A stretch of 64,000 bases of DNA from Leptospiraceae bacterium (GCA_040217195.1 JAVJNR010000004.1:32001-96000); one strand, 5' to 3'; counted from the stretch's first letter, positions 38,951 to 49,654 are shown. The notes: generated by a model not told the origin, from the letters alone. Program-made: numbers and translations.

Positions 38951-39973
38951 CTAGTGATCCCGTAATATCTGCTGGATGCTGGTAATTACTTCCTGCAGAC
39001 CTCCAGGGACATCTCCTGTTCGATCCTTGTAATTTTCCTCGGATTTAAGGCAGTCCATCAAGATCCTTGGTAATTCCGGGCTGTAACGTCCTTCATCCTG
39101 GACCAACCAGTGAAGGATTTCAGGATACAGTTCTCTTCTAAGCAGGATTCGCACAGTAAAGAACGGTCCCAGGGCCGAAAAGCTGGCAGCCCATGATATG
39201 GATCCTTCTCGATAGGTTCCTTCGGAGGAGACCTCGGCCGATTCTAACTTTTGCAGTTGATCTTTTTCAAACTCCTTCCAGATAGGAGAATCCTCGGCTC
39301 GGCGGGAGGAAGGAGGTTCCGGAAAGCTATGTTTGTTTCCTTCTGCTACTGCTGCATCCGAAACGTTAGCTTCCAGGGTTTCTAGCCTTTTGAGGATTCT
39401 TCTTTCCAGCACTTCATGAAACTGGCTGGTCCCAAACATCTCAAATTGCTCCATCTTGGACTGCACCTGCCGAATAGCCAGGTATAGCCTGATTAGCTTT
39501 CCTTCCAGGTTACCTTCGAGTACAGTCACATTATCGAGAAAATAATCGCCGTACTTCTGCACAGCCTGCTCAGGGTTGGCATTCATACTGAGCAGGCCAT
39601 TTAACTGTCTGCGAATCCTTTCCTCGAGAATAGAAAGAACTTCATCGTTTGCGACAATGTAACCTTCGGTCTTACGATTTATCTCATAAGAAGCGGACTC
39701 CAGGCGAATCCGCATCAGGCGAAAACAATGGACTTCAAAGTTTAATAACTGTCTAGCTTGAAAGGGTTTACATCCGAATGACCGGCTGAGCTCGTCTTCG
39801 TCCGGAATGCCCTGGAAGATGGACTCCCCGGAATTGCTTGTCCACTCTATATTGGCGCTACTTACGGCCTTCACCGGCCTGGCAGAAGCCCTTAAGTTTT
39901 CGAAATTTTTGAGCGAACCACCCTCCAGCTCTGGCAAAGGAACATCCACAATACAATTCAAATACTCATCCAT
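38951..39973 (-). CDS. Hypothetical protein
   Basis: 340-aa ORF filling the intergenic space; no motif recognised. Confidence 0.6.
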   Translation of the reverse strand: MDEYLNCIVDVPLPELEGGSLKNFENLRASARPVKAVSSANIEWTSNSGESIFQGIPDEDELSRSFGCKPFQARQLLNFEVHCFRLMRIRLESASYEINRKTEGYIVANDEVLSILEERIRRQLNGLLSMNANPEQAVQKYGDYFLDNVTVLEGNLEGKLIRLYLAIRQVQSKMEQFEMFGTSQFHEVLERRILKRLETLEANVSDAAVAEGNKHSFPEPPSSRRAEDSPIWKEFEKDQLQKLESAEVSSEGTYREGSISWAASFSALGPFFTVRILLRRELYPEILHWLVQDEGRYSPELPRILMDCLKSEENYKDRTGDVPGGLQEVITSIQQILRDH

Positions 39974-40112
39974 AAACTCAAGACTCCAGATTACTGAATC
40001 TACTTAGGAAAAGTAATAAAAAAATCTGGATCTGACTCGCATGATTGTGCAAATTGCATGGAAATGCGATCCCGGGAGTCTGAGCAGGAACTTTTTCTGG
40101 AAATCAAAAATC

Positions 40113-41126
40113 CTATTTGCGGGCCAGTTCCAGCCCCACCGGGCAATGGTCGCTGCCCATCACATCCATTCGATTGAATGCATTCTTGACCAGAGGCATG
40201 GTCTCCTCGGTTACAAAGAAGTAATCGATTCTCCATCCTACGTTGCGGTCTCTGGCTCGGGTGATCTGATCCCAGTATGTGTACTGTCCGGGCTCTTGAT
40301 TGAATTTTCGAAACACATCTACATAGCCCATGTCCACTATACGATCCAGAAACTCTCTTTCTTCTGGTAAAAACCCGGATGTCTTCTGATTCTCCTTTGG
40401 CCGGGCAAGATCTATTTCTTTATGGGCCGTATTGTAGTCTCCACATATGATGAGAGGTCGGCCCTGCTTTCTGGTTTCCTCCCAGATCTGTAAACAATGA
40501 TCATAGAATTCCAGCTTATATTTCACTCGCTCCGGGCCCCGGCCCCCGTTGGGAAAGTAAACGTTCCATAGAACAAAATCATCCAGTTCTGTAATTACTA
40601 CCCGGCCTTCATCGTTGAAATTTCGGCTCTTATCATCTATCGGAAACCCGGAGTAGGACTGACGCACAGGCAATGAGGAAAAAGTAGCCACACCGCTGTA
40701 GCCCTTCTTTTCGGCCACATGCCAGTGGGATTCATAGGGTTTTAGATCCAGGATAGGTCGGGTCTTTTTTTCATCCTGAAGCTGTTCGATGGTAGCTCTG
40801 GTCTCTTGAAGACAGAAAATATCCGGGGCTTCTTCCTTCACCCAGTCAAAGAAGCCTTTTTTGATATTCGCTCGAATACCGTTCACATTCCAGGAATAGA
40901 TGCGAATAGTATCCCTTACTGGTATGTGTATTTCCAGAGAACTCTCCGCCTGAACGGGGGTTCCGGATTTAGGTGTCGCTTTTTTTGCAGTCTTCGCCGC
41001 GGTTTTCCTGGCTACAGATTTCTTGCCTGCAGACTTCTTTGAAGAGATTGCTGAACTCTTTTTCGCGACTTTCTTTTTTGCCTGAGCGGTCTTTTTCGCA
41101 GGTTTGGAGGATTTACTGGTGGCCAT
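40113..41126 (-). CDS. xth: Exodeoxyribonuclease III / AP endonuclease with Lys/Ala-rich N-terminal tail
   Basis: SWNVNGIRA, CLQET, GYSGVA, EGRV, GDYNTAH, GWRIDYF, GSDHCPV. Confidence 0.95.
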   Translation of the reverse strand: MATSKSSKPAKKTAQAKKKVAKKSSAISSKKSAGKKSVARKTAAKTAKKATPKSGTPVQAESSLEIHIPVRDTIRIYSWNVNGIRANIKKGFFDWVKEEAPDIFCLQETRATIEQLQDEKKTRPILDLKPYESHWHVAEKKGYSGVATFSSLPVRQSYSGFPIDDKSRNFNDEGRVVITELDDFVLWNVYFPNGGRGPERVKYKLEFYDHCLQIWEETRKQGRPLIICGDYNTAHKEIDLARPKENQKTSGFLPEEREFLDRIVDMGYVDVFRKFNQEPGQYTYWDQITRARDRNVGWRIDYFFVTEETMPLVKNAFNRMDVMGSDHCPVGLELARK

Positions 41127-41162
41127 GAATACATTTCAGAATAGGGCCCCCGGGGAATAAAT

Positions 41163-41189
41163 AAAAAAACCCCGCAATTTCTTGCGGGG
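41163..41189 (-). terminator. Intrinsic terminator of flaB
   Basis: Minus strand ccccgcaa-gaaa-ttgcgggg followed by a T7 run. Confidence 0.85.
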
Positions 41190-41219
41190 CTATGCCATTT
41201 ATGGCAGTTGATTCTGCTT

Positions 41220-42065
41220 TTATCGGAGCAGCTGCAGAACGCCCTGAGGTCTCAGGTTGGCTTGAGCCAGCATGGCTGTACCACTTTGAACCAGTATCTG
41301 GTTCTTGGTAAAATCCACAGACTCTTCTGCCATGTCCACATCGCGGATTCTGGATTCGGAAGCCTGAGTATTCTCATAAGCTACCATCAGTCCTTTGGCC
41401 GCATGCTCCAGTCTATTGAAATAGGCACCCATGTCCGCGCGCTGTTTGTTAATTCTGTTTAGCGCGTCGTCCAGAACACCAATCGAATCATTCGCGAACT
41501 CCGCCGTTGAAAGTGTAAGAAGAGTGCCATCGCCCCTTCGCAGATTCAGAGCCTGAGCAGTCATAGTCTGCACATATACTCGCTCTCTCTGGTGCTGGTT
41601 CGGTCCAATGTGAAACCACATGGAGGAAACCCGTGAGCCGCGAGCAAAGTCTCCCTGCAGCAGGTTCATTTTATTGAATTCTGCCTGGGAAGCAATACGG
41701 TCCACTTCATCAATCAACTGAGATACCTCTACCTGAATCATTTGACGATCCATGGCGGTGTAGATACCGTTAGAAGACTGGATGGCCAGCTGTCGAATTC
41801 GCTGAACAATGTCAGCAACTTCAGCCAGATATCCTTCAGTGGTCTGAATCAGAGACATACCATCTTCCGTATTGCGTTCGGCCTGACGAAGTCCTCGGAT
41901 CTGTGCACGCATCTTTTCAGACACAGCCAGACCAGAAGCATCATCACCGGCGCGATTGATTCGCATACCAGAAGACAGCTTTTCCATGTTGCGATCAACG
42001 TCCCAGTGCTGAAATTTCAGCGTACGGTGCGAGTTGATCGCAGACAAATTGTGGTTAATAATCAT
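41220..42065 (-). CDS. flaB: Flagellin (periplasmic flagellar core protein)
   Basis: [47 protein letters not shown]. Confidence 0.97.
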   Translation of the reverse strand: MIINHNLSAINSHRTLKFQHWDVDRNMEKLSSGMRINRAGDDASGLAVSEKMRAQIRGLRQAERNTEDGMSLIQTTEGYLAEVADIVQRIRQLAIQSSNGIYTAMDRQMIQVEVSQLIDEVDRIASQAEFNKMNLLQGDFARGSRVSSMWFHIGPNQHQRERVYVQTMTAQALNLRRGDGTLLTLSTAEFANDSIGVLDDALNRINKQRADMGAYFNRLEHAAKGLMVAYENTQASESRIRDVDMAEESVDFTKNQILVQSGTAMLAQANLRPQGVLQLLR

Positions 42066-42069
42066 AGAA

Positions 42070-42118
42070 GTTTCCTCCGTGAAAGTTCGAGCTCATGAGG
42101 AGGTCATCCTTTCCCTCC
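42070..42118 (-). promoter_or_regulatory. Putative CsrA-binding leader of flaB
   Basis: GGAGG-gaaAGGAuga-CCUCC hairpin (42099-42118) plus ACGGAGG at the SD. Confidence 0.5.
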
Positions 42119-42465
42119 CATTACGACGGGCTCACTTAATGCTTCGTCGAAAAGGGAGTCGGAAATTAGGTTCAGGTTCAATTTTTTGGACCCGGTTTTT
42201 CGGAAAGCGAACAAAACTGCTTTAACTTTTTTCGGTCTGGCAGTGTAATTTTTTCCCGCAAGATCTAAAGTTGTAATTATTTAGCAAATGGGTAATTGGA
42301 GGCCGAAAGAAGAATTGAGAATCTGGAGCAGTCCCGTTTTCGGCAATGCAGGTAGCGGAGACTTGAGTGCTACAGGATTTTTTTCTAAGCCGGAGATCAG
42401 AAAGGAAGTAGAGCTACATACCGGAATGATGGCTTCTGCTTCCGAAGCGCAGCTCTTGAATATTT

Positions 42466-43029
42466 TTAGCTAACTCTGTATCTGCGAATTGGATCCAGGA
42501 TCTGAGTGATTTGAACAGCAAAGAATTCATCCACTACAACCAGCCGGCCGCGGCCAAATAGGCGATCATTGACCAGAATATCTACTTCATCGCCTACATT
42601 CTTATCTAGCTCGATAATGGATCCTTCACCCAGCATCAAAACATCTTTGATGTACATCTGAGTTCGGCCCAGCTCTACGGAAAAGCGTAGGTTTACATCC
42701 AGCAGAAGTTCTGCATTGTCCCGGTTTTCCGGAGGTGCAGCAGGAATGGCTGATCCTCCTCCGGAGCCGCCACCACCGCCTGAGGGACCAGCTCCACCCA
42801 CGGCGCCGGCAATTGCATTCAGAGACTCCTGGTCCAGGCCCATATCGCCCAGGTCCATGCCTCCGGCATCCTCACCGCCACTGTCTTCAGTGGATCCACC
42901 GGGATCATCGGTTAGTAGTGAGTCCAGATCTAGATCGTCTGCAGCTGCATCCTGGTCTCCACCCCCGGGTGAATCACCGCCTAACAGCTGATCGATCTCT
43001 TCTTGAGAAAGCTGACTTTCCTCCGCCAT
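42466..43029 (-). CDS. fliN: Flagellar motor switch protein FliN
   Basis: LSQEEIDQLL; LLDV...VELGRT, GSIIELDK, V.ILVN, G.LVVVD. Confidence 0.9.
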   Translation of the reverse strand: MAEESQLSQEEIDQLLGGDSPGGGDQDAAADDLDLDSLLTDDPGGSTEDSGGEDAGGMDLGDMGLDQESLNAIAGAVGGAGPSGGGGGSGGGSAIPAAPPENRDNAELLLDVNLRFSVELGRTQMYIKDVLMLGEGSIIELDKNVGDEVDILVNDRLFGRGRLVVVDEFFAVQITQILDPIRRYRVS

Positions 43030-44208
43030 ATACTTCCTTTATCGGCAAATCTTCCGATAGTGAAAGAAAAGCCCGGGAGTCAGGACATAACATTGTATTT
43101 TGTACGCCACATTTTAAGGTTTTTTTCCAGAACTGTTCCTGGACTGTTCCGGGGCAGCCATGTAGTTCTGGTTTCCGTGGACCACCCACTTAGCCGAAAA
43201 GCGGGTCTGAAGGCCCTTTCCAGCCTCCATTCCCAGCTCAGAAATCATAGATGGCTACGTTACCTCCGAATCCGAAAGAGACTCAGGCTACAGCCTCATG
43301 GAGTACGCCTGGAACTGGAGGCCATGAGCCCTCTACCGCGGATTCTGTCCTTTCCGGGCATGGCCTCTGTGGCTCAAAAACTGGAGGATTATTTCTATTA
43401 TCTGCAAAGACAGTTTCGACTGATGGGTCTTGGGCTGGAAACAGGATCCGATTATGTAAAAGCGCCGGATGTCTTCCCTTCCTTTCTAGAAGGAGACTGC
43501 CTGTACCTATCCTATTTGATGGTGCAGCCTGCCGGATGGCAACCAGAAGAGCAATGGGAGCAGAAGAGATACGATCAAGGGCCGGATTGCCTGCCATTTC
43601 ATCTGAATCGCTCCTACCGGGTGCTGGCAAGATTGAAGTCGGATGGACTGTTGAATCAGACCTGGCAAGAAGCCCTGCTTTTTTCCGGAATGCGACGCTG
43701 GGAAGGTTACCTGGTCACGGACTGTCCTGGCAAGCTATTGGATCTATCCTACCAGGCCCCCGGATTTCATGCCAGCTTCCAGGATACAGGCTATCTGCCA
43801 GGACGAGTTTTTCGACCGGCTCCGGCTCATTACAGGATGAGCCCGGTTTCATTGCCTGAATTCCCCCATTTGCCCTTTGAGCGCCAGTCGGTGAATCTGT
43901 TCTTTCTGGATGCAAGTTTAAGAATACACATTTACAGAGCTACTATGATGGATCCTGTAAATCATCGGCTGCATCTAAAGGCCCGACTCATCGGCTACCG
44001 GGGAACCGCTCTTCAAAGAATCCTGAACATCCCAGCATCCAGTAGCCACTTACCGGCCCCCGGGCTATGGATCTATAGTAGCTCTGCGGTTCTGGAACTG
44101 GAAAGAGTCGATACGCTGGATGTTCTGCACTGTGATTACCGAAATCCAGATCAAATTCGGTTGAAATCAGCGGCCCCTGCCAGGCCTATTGTGTATGGCA
44201 GGAATTGA
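43003..44208 (+). CDS. Hypothetical protein (true start probably downstream)
   Basis: Long ORF abutting the ABC1 gene; 5' end overlaps the fliN start. Confidence 0.45.
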   Translation: MRKLTFLRHILPLSANLPIVKEKPGSQDITLYFVRHILRFFSRTVPGLFRGSHVVLVSVDHPLSRKAGLKALSSLHSQLRNHRWLRYLRIRKRLRLQPHGVRLELEAMSPLPRILSFPGMASVAQKLEDYFYYLQRQFRLMGLGLETGSDYVKAPDVFPSFLEGDCLYLSYLMVQPAGWQPEEQWEQKRYDQGPDCLPFHLNRSYRVLARLKSDGLLNQTWQEALLFSGMRRWEGYLVTDCPGKLLDLSYQAPGFHASFQDTGYLPGRVFRPAPAHYRMSPVSLPEFPHLPFERQSVNLFFLDASLRIHIYRATMMDPVNHRLHLKARLIGYRGTALQRILNIPASSSHLPAPGLWIYSSSAVLELERVDTLDVLHCDYRNPDQIRLKSAAPARPIVYGRN

Positions 44209-45526
44209 AGATGGCATTGGAGCATTCTTTAAAGGAGCTGTAAGAATTGGTCAGACGGCCCTGGCAGTTGGTCAGGGCGGATGGGACTGGCTCACAGCAA
44301 AGGATGCTCCGGCTCCCAGAGTACTCAGGCAAACCTTTGAAAGACTGGGTACAACGTATATTAAGCTCGGTCAGTTTATTGCCAGTGCGCCCTCAGTCTT
44401 TCCTCCAGAATATGTGACCGAATTCCAGAAGTGTCTGGACAAGACCGATCCAATACCTTTCGCACAGATCGAAAAGGTTCTTCGCAAGGAGCTCGGCAAA
44501 GATCCATACGAAGTATTTCATTCCATTAATCCGGAGCCTCTGGCAAGCGCATCCATCGCCCAGGTTCATGCTGCAGAATTGAAAGATGGCCGAGATGTAG
44601 TAATCAAGGTTCAAAAACCAGGTGTAGATGATATTATTCTCACGGACCTGAATTTCCTTTTTCTATGGGCCCAGGTTCTGGAATGGCTGGCACCGGACTT
44701 TTCTCGCACCTCAATGAAGCACATTGTTCAGGATATGCAGAAGATCATGATGGAAGAATGCGATTTCATTCATGAATCCAGAAACATTCAGGAATTCGAT
44801 AAATTCCTGGAGAAGTCAGGGATTGATCGAGTGGTAGTGCCCAAGGTCCATACTCGATTTACCACGGCCAGGGTTTTAACCATGGACCGTATGTACGGAG
44901 TTCCGTTAACCGATCTAGAGACGATTCGCAAGTATTCCAGAGATCCAGAGGAAACACTGATCCTGGCGTTGAATACCTGGTTTATGAGTCTCATGGCCTG
45001 CGATTTCTTTCATGCAGATGTTCATGCAGGAAACCTGATGGTGCTGGAAGATGGAAGAGTTGCCTTTATTGATTTCGGAATCGTTGGTCGAATCTCCAAA
45101 AAGACCTGGGGCGGAATTCAGGGATTAATGGAATCCATGGAAAGTCGCAATTTTGATAATATGGCTTCAGCGCTTATCGATATTGGTGCCACCGATGGTC
45201 CGGTGAACCGAAAGCTATTCGCCGAAGACTTGAAGAAGGTTTTCTCCGGTATGGAAAACCTGGAAAAGCTCGCCAGAAGTAACAAAGAGGTGGAGGAACA
45301 GGAAGTAAACCGACTGCTTATCGATATTGCAGAGGCGGGCCAGAAGAATGGAATCCGGTTTCCCCGGGAGTTTGCTCTTCTAATAAAACAGTTCCTGTAT
45401 TTTGATCGCTACATTCGAATTCTGGCTCCAGAGCTGAAAATGTTTGAAGATCAGAGAATAGTAAGAAGCCAGCAGGATTTACCAGGCATGGCCCAGATTC
45501 CGGGAAAAAAGAAAAAGAAGAAATAG
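44189..45526 (+). CDS. AarF/ABC1/UbiB family kinase
   Basis: YIKLGQF, PLASASIAQVH, VIKVQKP, FFHADVHAGN, IDFGIVG. Confidence 0.92.
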   Translation: MCMAGIEDGIGAFFKGAVRIGQTALAVGQGGWDWLTAKDAPAPRVLRQTFERLGTTYIKLGQFIASAPSVFPPEYVTEFQKCLDKTDPIPFAQIEKVLRKELGKDPYEVFHSINPEPLASASIAQVHAAELKDGRDVVIKVQKPGVDDIILTDLNFLFLWAQVLEWLAPDFSRTSMKHIVQDMQKIMMEECDFIHESRNIQEFDKFLEKSGIDRVVVPKVHTRFTTARVLTMDRMYGVPLTDLETIRKYSRDPEETLILALNTWFMSLMACDFFHADVHAGNLMVLEDGRVAFIDFGIVGRISKKTWGGIQGLMESMESRNFDNMASALIDIGATDGPVNRKLFAEDLKKVFSGMENLEKLARSNKEVEEQEVNRLLIDIAEAGQKNGIRFPREFALLIKQFLYFDRYIRILAPELKMFEDQRIVRSQQDLPGMAQIPGKKKKKK

Positions 45527-45599
45527 GGCTTCAAAGCTGGAACCGCATTCAAGGAACTTCGAACACGAGACGACCACCGGATGACATAGGGTGAACGAC

Positions 45600-46241
45600 T
45601 CAATTGAATCTGGATTCAAGAAAGGCAGCCAGAGCATGCATGGCCTTTCCCCTGTGACTCAATGACGATTTCTCCTCAGGACTCATCTTCGCAAAGTACT
45701 CACCTGTGCTTTCTTCGATGAAAACCGGATCGTAGCCAAATCCGCCCTGGCCGGCTGATTCAGTGGCAATGTGTCCCTGTACAGTTCCTTCAAAATACTG
45801 CGGACCTTCCTTTTCAAAACCCACCAGACAGAGTACACAGGCAAAATGGGCCTTTCTACTTACCGGGTCTTGAAACTGGTTTAGATTTTCGAGTAGAAGT
45901 AAATTTCTTTCCGGGTCCGATAGTTCGGCGCCACCGTATCTTGCACTGTAGATTCCGGGATCACCATTTAATGCATCCACGCAAAGACCGGAATCATCGG
46001 AAAGACAGGGTAGCCCGGTGACTCTGTGAAATCCAGATGCTTTGATGAATGCATTTTCGGCAAAGGAGCTGCCGTTTTCTTCCAGGCTTATGGATTCTCC
46101 ATCTTCTGTTTTTAGATGATCCGGATCCAGGTTCAAGTCAGCAGGAGCCAATACCCGTATTGGAAGACTGTATCGTTCCAGGATGTTTTGAAGCTCTATA
46201 AGTTTCTTTGGATTGCCGCTGGCCAATAGTATTTGAAGCAT
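45600..46241 (-). CDS. rdgB: Non-canonical purine NTP pyrophosphatase
   Basis: ASGNPKK, ENAFIKA, DDSGL, PGIYSARY, GFGYDPVF, SHRGKA. Confidence 0.95.
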   Translation of the reverse strand: MLQILLASGNPKKLIELQNILERYSLPIRVLAPADLNLDPDHLKTEDGESISLEENGSSFAENAFIKASGFHRVTGLPCLSDDSGLCVDALNGDPGIYSARYGGAELSDPERNLLLLENLNQFQDPVSRKAHFACVLCLVGFEKEGPQYFEGTVQGHIATESAGQGGFGYDPVFIEESTGEYFAKMSPEEKSSLSHRGKAMHALAAFLESRFN

Positions 46242-46264
46242 TTAGAAAGGCTCCTGATAGCGAC

Positions 46265-46621
46265 TCAGGATTCAGTGACAATGTCTTTGAAGCTTTTGAC
46301 CGCACCGCCCAGGTCATCATAGAAATGAAAAACCCGATCCAGCAAAGTTATGCGAAATACCCTGAGGACATCCCCTTCCTTTAGAACGATGCGAATATCC
46401 CCTTCTCTTCTGCGAACCTTTCGCTTGGAGGCAATGAGCACTCCCAGGGCACTGGAGCAGATATAGCGAAGGGATGTAAAATTAAGAACCACGAATCGGG
46501 CTCCTTCATTCAACACTCGCTCGATACCTTCCTCGAAAGCCGGCGTATCTCCATGTTGAATACTACCGGAAATCTCCAGAACTGAGACGTTTCCTTCCTG
46601 TGACTTCTTGATTGGATCCAT
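46265..46621 (-). CDS. STAS-domain anti-sigma factor antagonist
   Basis: VLNFTSLRYICSSALGVL, VFRIT.LD.VF. Confidence 0.88.
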   Translation of the reverse strand: MDPIKKSQEGNVSVLEISGSIQHGDTPAFEEGIERVLNEGARFVVLNFTSLRYICSSALGVLIASKRKVRRREGDIRIVLKEGDVLRVFRITLLDRVFHFYDDLGGAVKSFKDIVTES

Positions 46622-46622
46622 A

Positions 46623-47297
46623 TTAATCGGCCATGAAGAGGCTCAGCACGTAAACCGGAGCCCGGCATCTTCTCTTCAAGATTCTGGTAGCTTCCATCGC
46701 AGTGGCACCTGTGGTGAAAACGTCTTCCAGTAATACATAGTAGAATGCTGGTCTATACTTCACTGTCAACTGTATCGAGTCTTTAACCTGGAAAAATCTG
46801 TCGGCCCTTCCATAAGCGCTCTGTTTCTGCCCACCAGTTTTAGAAATCATCCTTTCCAGAGGTAAATGTGGTTTTTGCAGATGCAATCCCAGGTCTTTCA
46901 CAGGTTGATAGTTCCGAATATTCCGGGCGGAGGTTCCGCTGTCGATGTATGTAAGATATCCAGGCAATTGCATTATGTCTTCTTGCTCCAACAGGGCATT
47001 CAGCCTGGATTCAATATAGGGCAGGAACCATTTGTACGCCTGACGCTGGTTTTCAAATTTCCAGTCCTGCAAAACCCTTTTGCATTCAGAATTAAGACCG
47101 AAAGTAGATATATGGCGGTCGAAGAGCAAGATCCTCTCTCTGCAAAACTTGCATCCCCCCTGTTCCAGAGCCGAATAGCACCGGCTGCAGCGCCTGCGGC
47201 TATCCAGCGGGATTGGTGCACACTTTACACAGAATCGGCCATCCGAGTTTTCTTTTTTGCATACCGGGCATTGATTGGGACTGTAAAGATGAATCAT
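46623..47297 (-). CDS. comF: ComF family protein
   Basis: Double zinc ribbon (four CxxC), LLEDVFTTGAT PRTase motif. Confidence 0.8.
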   Translation of the reverse strand: MIHLYSPNQCPVCKKENSDGRFCVKCAPIPLDSRRRCSRCYSALEQGGCKFCRERILLFDRHISTFGLNSECKRVLQDWKFENQRQAYKWFLPYIESRLNALLEQEDIMQLPGYLTYIDSGTSARNIRNYQPVKDLGLHLQKPHLPLERMISKTGGQKQSAYGRADRFFQVKDSIQLTVKYRPAFYYVLLEDVFTTGATAMEATRILKRRCRAPVYVLSLFMAD

Positions 47298-48014
47298 TAT
47301 ATAAAAGGGTCCGCAAGAGGTGTACTGTTAGCTGCTTTTTCCGATTCATCCTTAAAGGGATTCGGCAGGGGCCCCCTGGCAGCCTTCATCCTGGCCCTAT
47401 GCTTGTTCCCGTTCATGAAATCCAGGGCGGACAGTCCTCCTTTGCCGGAGAACTGTATTCCAGGTTCCAGATGGACTCTCCTGGATACCTTCGATTCTCC
47501 TGGAAGCTGGAGTCTGGTTAGGCCGAAATTCTCCGATCAAACGGCGAATCTGAACTCCTCCGGGCTTTCGGCCGGTCCATACTCGGGCAGCGGTGCCTAC
47601 CTCAGCCTGCTTTTTCGCGGCAACAGCTCTACGCCTGCCATCCTGGAGCCAGAGAAACCAATTAGGCTCAATGAATACTCTCAGATGATTTCTCTGTTTC
47701 TATATGGCTGGAATCAGCCTGCCAGACTAACCTTGATTTTAAGAGATAGAGATGGAAAACAGATTCGCAGTAGTTCCACCGGACTGAGCTTCAAAGGCTG
47801 GAAAAGGGTGGAACTAGAGCTGCCTGCCAGTGTCAGACGACAACCGGACGGCCCATTTCAGGAATGGTATCTGGAACTGATGGGCCTGGAGGTTAGGCCG
47901 CTGTACAATGAAACCATAGCGGTAAGGTTATCTATGGATGATCTTTTCGTACTCTCAGCACCGGCCATTCAACTACCGGAAACTATTCGAAATTCTGAAG
48001 CAGCAGAGGAATAA
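47289..48014 (+). CDS. FlaA-domain (flagellar sheath-like) exported protein
   Basis: PI.L..ISLFLYG.N..L.L.LRDRDG..LSFKGWK...LP; start uncertain. Confidence 0.65.
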   Translation: MNHYIKGSARGVLLAAFSDSSLKGFGRGPLAAFILALCLFPFMKSRADSPPLPENCIPGSRWTLLDTFDSPGSWSLVRPKFSDQTANLNSSGLSAGPYSGSGAYLSLLFRGNSSTPAILEPEKPIRLNEYSQMISLFLYGWNQPARLTLILRDRDGKQIRSSSTGLSFKGWKRVELELPASVRRQPDGPFQEWYLELMGLEVRPLYNETIAVRLSMDDLFVLSAPAIQLPETIRNSEAAEE

Positions 48015-48162
48015 GAAACCGGATAAGGACGATAAAACGGAGCGGCAGCAGAAGAAGAAGACGGTGATAACCTGAAATCATCCTGCCGTAGGCTGGCATT
48101 CGGCCCGGTTACATGAAATGAAGCCAGGCACGGATCATGCCTGGAACTCTTTGATTGGAAAA

Positions 48163-49020
48163 TTAGAAGGAATCTAGAATTTCGGCCCGCTTCTCTTTGT
48201 ACTCCTGTTCCGTAATCAATCCATCTTTGTGAGCTTTTTCCAGCTGTTTCAATCTTTCGCTCAATGTTTTTTCTGAATCAACAGGCCCGGATCCCTTCGG
48301 TTCACCGGATGTTTCCGAAAAGTAGCTTTCGCTTGCATCGAATCCAGGTGCCTGCTTGCGCTCCAGTAACGATGCCATGGAAGTATCGGCCAGTACAGCC
48401 CAGGTGTGATGATCGTAATCGCCTACCCTTTTATAGTCAAAGGAGTCGCTACTGACAAGGGATAGATCAGGGTAGGATTTTCTAAAGCTGATTGGAAGAA
48501 CTTCGGTCCAGTTATCCTCCGTGAGAAAATCATCATAGGGTACTGGCTCTTTGATTTCACCGAATACAAGATTCAGCCCATTTGAGTCGTACCAAAGAAT
48601 CATTGAGGTCCTTTCCATGCGGCTGAGCACGGATTCATCCGGATCAAATCTGGATATGATCAAAATCCTTTGATTCTCTTCAATGGTCTCGATGGTTCTG
48701 GCCAGAGCCCCGGCAAATCGTTCCACCTCGGCAGGATCGAAAACAGGACGAACATCACTGCCCCACATGCTTTCTTTCCTGAATTTAAAGCCCCCCAGTA
48801 TCTGGATTAGGTCAGAGGGCTTCATTCTGGGGAATTTCTGCTGCTGCCCCATGTAAGCGCGGAGCTCTTCATCCGGGTAGGCATCGGATTCGATAGTGTA
48901 AATGGCAAAATAGTTATCCAGGATCTTATTTTCCCTGGAATAGAAGCCGCCCATGCAGCTCTGAAGGGTAAATGCTATTAGTAATGCCAGGGGCCAGTAT
49001 GGGCGGATGCCAGGTCTCAT
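48163..49020 (-). CDS. Lipoprotein with C-terminal SHOCT domain
   Basis: LQSC lipobox; ERLKQLE..HKDGLITEQEYKEKRAEIL. Confidence 0.8.
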   Translation of the reverse strand: MRPGIRPYWPLALLIAFTLQSCMGGFYSRENKILDNYFAIYTIESDAYPDEELRAYMGQQQKFPRMKPSDLIQILGGFKFRKESMWGSDVRPVFDPAEVERFAGALARTIETIEENQRILIISRFDPDESVLSRMERTSMILWYDSNGLNLVFGEIKEPVPYDDFLTEDNWTEVLPISFRKSYPDLSLVSSDSFDYKRVGDYDHHTWAVLADTSMASLLERKQAPGFDASESYFSETSGEPKGSGPVDSEKTLSERLKQLEKAHKDGLITEQEYKEKRAEILDSF

Positions 49021-49075
49021 TCGTTCGAATACTCCTATTTCTATGATCGAAGTAGGTGGATCGTATCTTAAGGGA

Positions 49076-49420
49076 TCAGGTTAACAAATCTGGAAATCGT
49101 CGATCCATTTCAATATCATCCAGATGTGGAAGAACCGGCAACAGGCCGGCCAGCTTGAAAACGGAGAGCAGGGATTTGCCCAGACCAAAAAGTGTGATGT
49201 TGGCACCCTTCTCTTTTAGATCCTTTTCACACTTTAAAAGGATGCCTATTCCGGAGCTATCCACGAATCGCACCATTCGAAAGTCCAGATAGACGGTGCT
49301 GATTCCTGGTTCATGAAGAGCCAGGAAATCTTCATAGAATTCCCGGGCATTCTCCATTTTAAGATCCTCGGTAATGCGAACCACTGCATCAGGGGAACGC
49401 ATGAGGAGTAACTCTACCAT
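49076..49420 (-). CDS. STAS-domain anti-sigma factor antagonist
   Basis: LDFRMVRFVDSSGIGIL, VFKLAGL. Confidence 0.88.
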   Translation of the reverse strand: MVELLLMRSPDAVVRITEDLKMENAREFYEDFLALHEPGISTVYLDFRMVRFVDSSGIGILLKCEKDLKEKGANITLFGLGKSLLSVFKLAGLLPVLPHLDDIEMDRRFPDLLT

Positions 49421-49614
49421 TATTTGAGTTCCTCCGGCCGAACACCTTTAATATAATGGGGGAAGCCTTCCTTGTCTGTGTACTCTACAACCAGTTCCTG
49501 ACTTCCTTCATCCACTTCCATCACTCGAACAAGGGTGCCCTGAATAACAAAAACTCCTTCATGGAGAAAGGTCGGTCGGTCCAGGGTTCTCTCGTCACCG
49601 GGTTTCAGTGCCAT
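49420..49614 (-). CDS. Small hypothetical protein (SH3-like size and pattern)
   Basis: 64 aa; TAATG coupling to the STAS gene. Confidence 0.65.
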   Translation of the reverse strand: MALKPGDERTLDRPTFLHEGVFVIQGTLVRVMEVDEGSQELVVEYTDKEGFPHYIKGVRPEELK

Positions 49615-49654
49615 GGATCAAGGGTGCGACGGGGGAAGTCGTCTTGTAAAGCAA

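Noticed and set aside
46866..47288. N-terminal 140 aa of the 382-aa track ORF
   Set aside because: Antisense to comF; only the downstream FlaA-like part is credible
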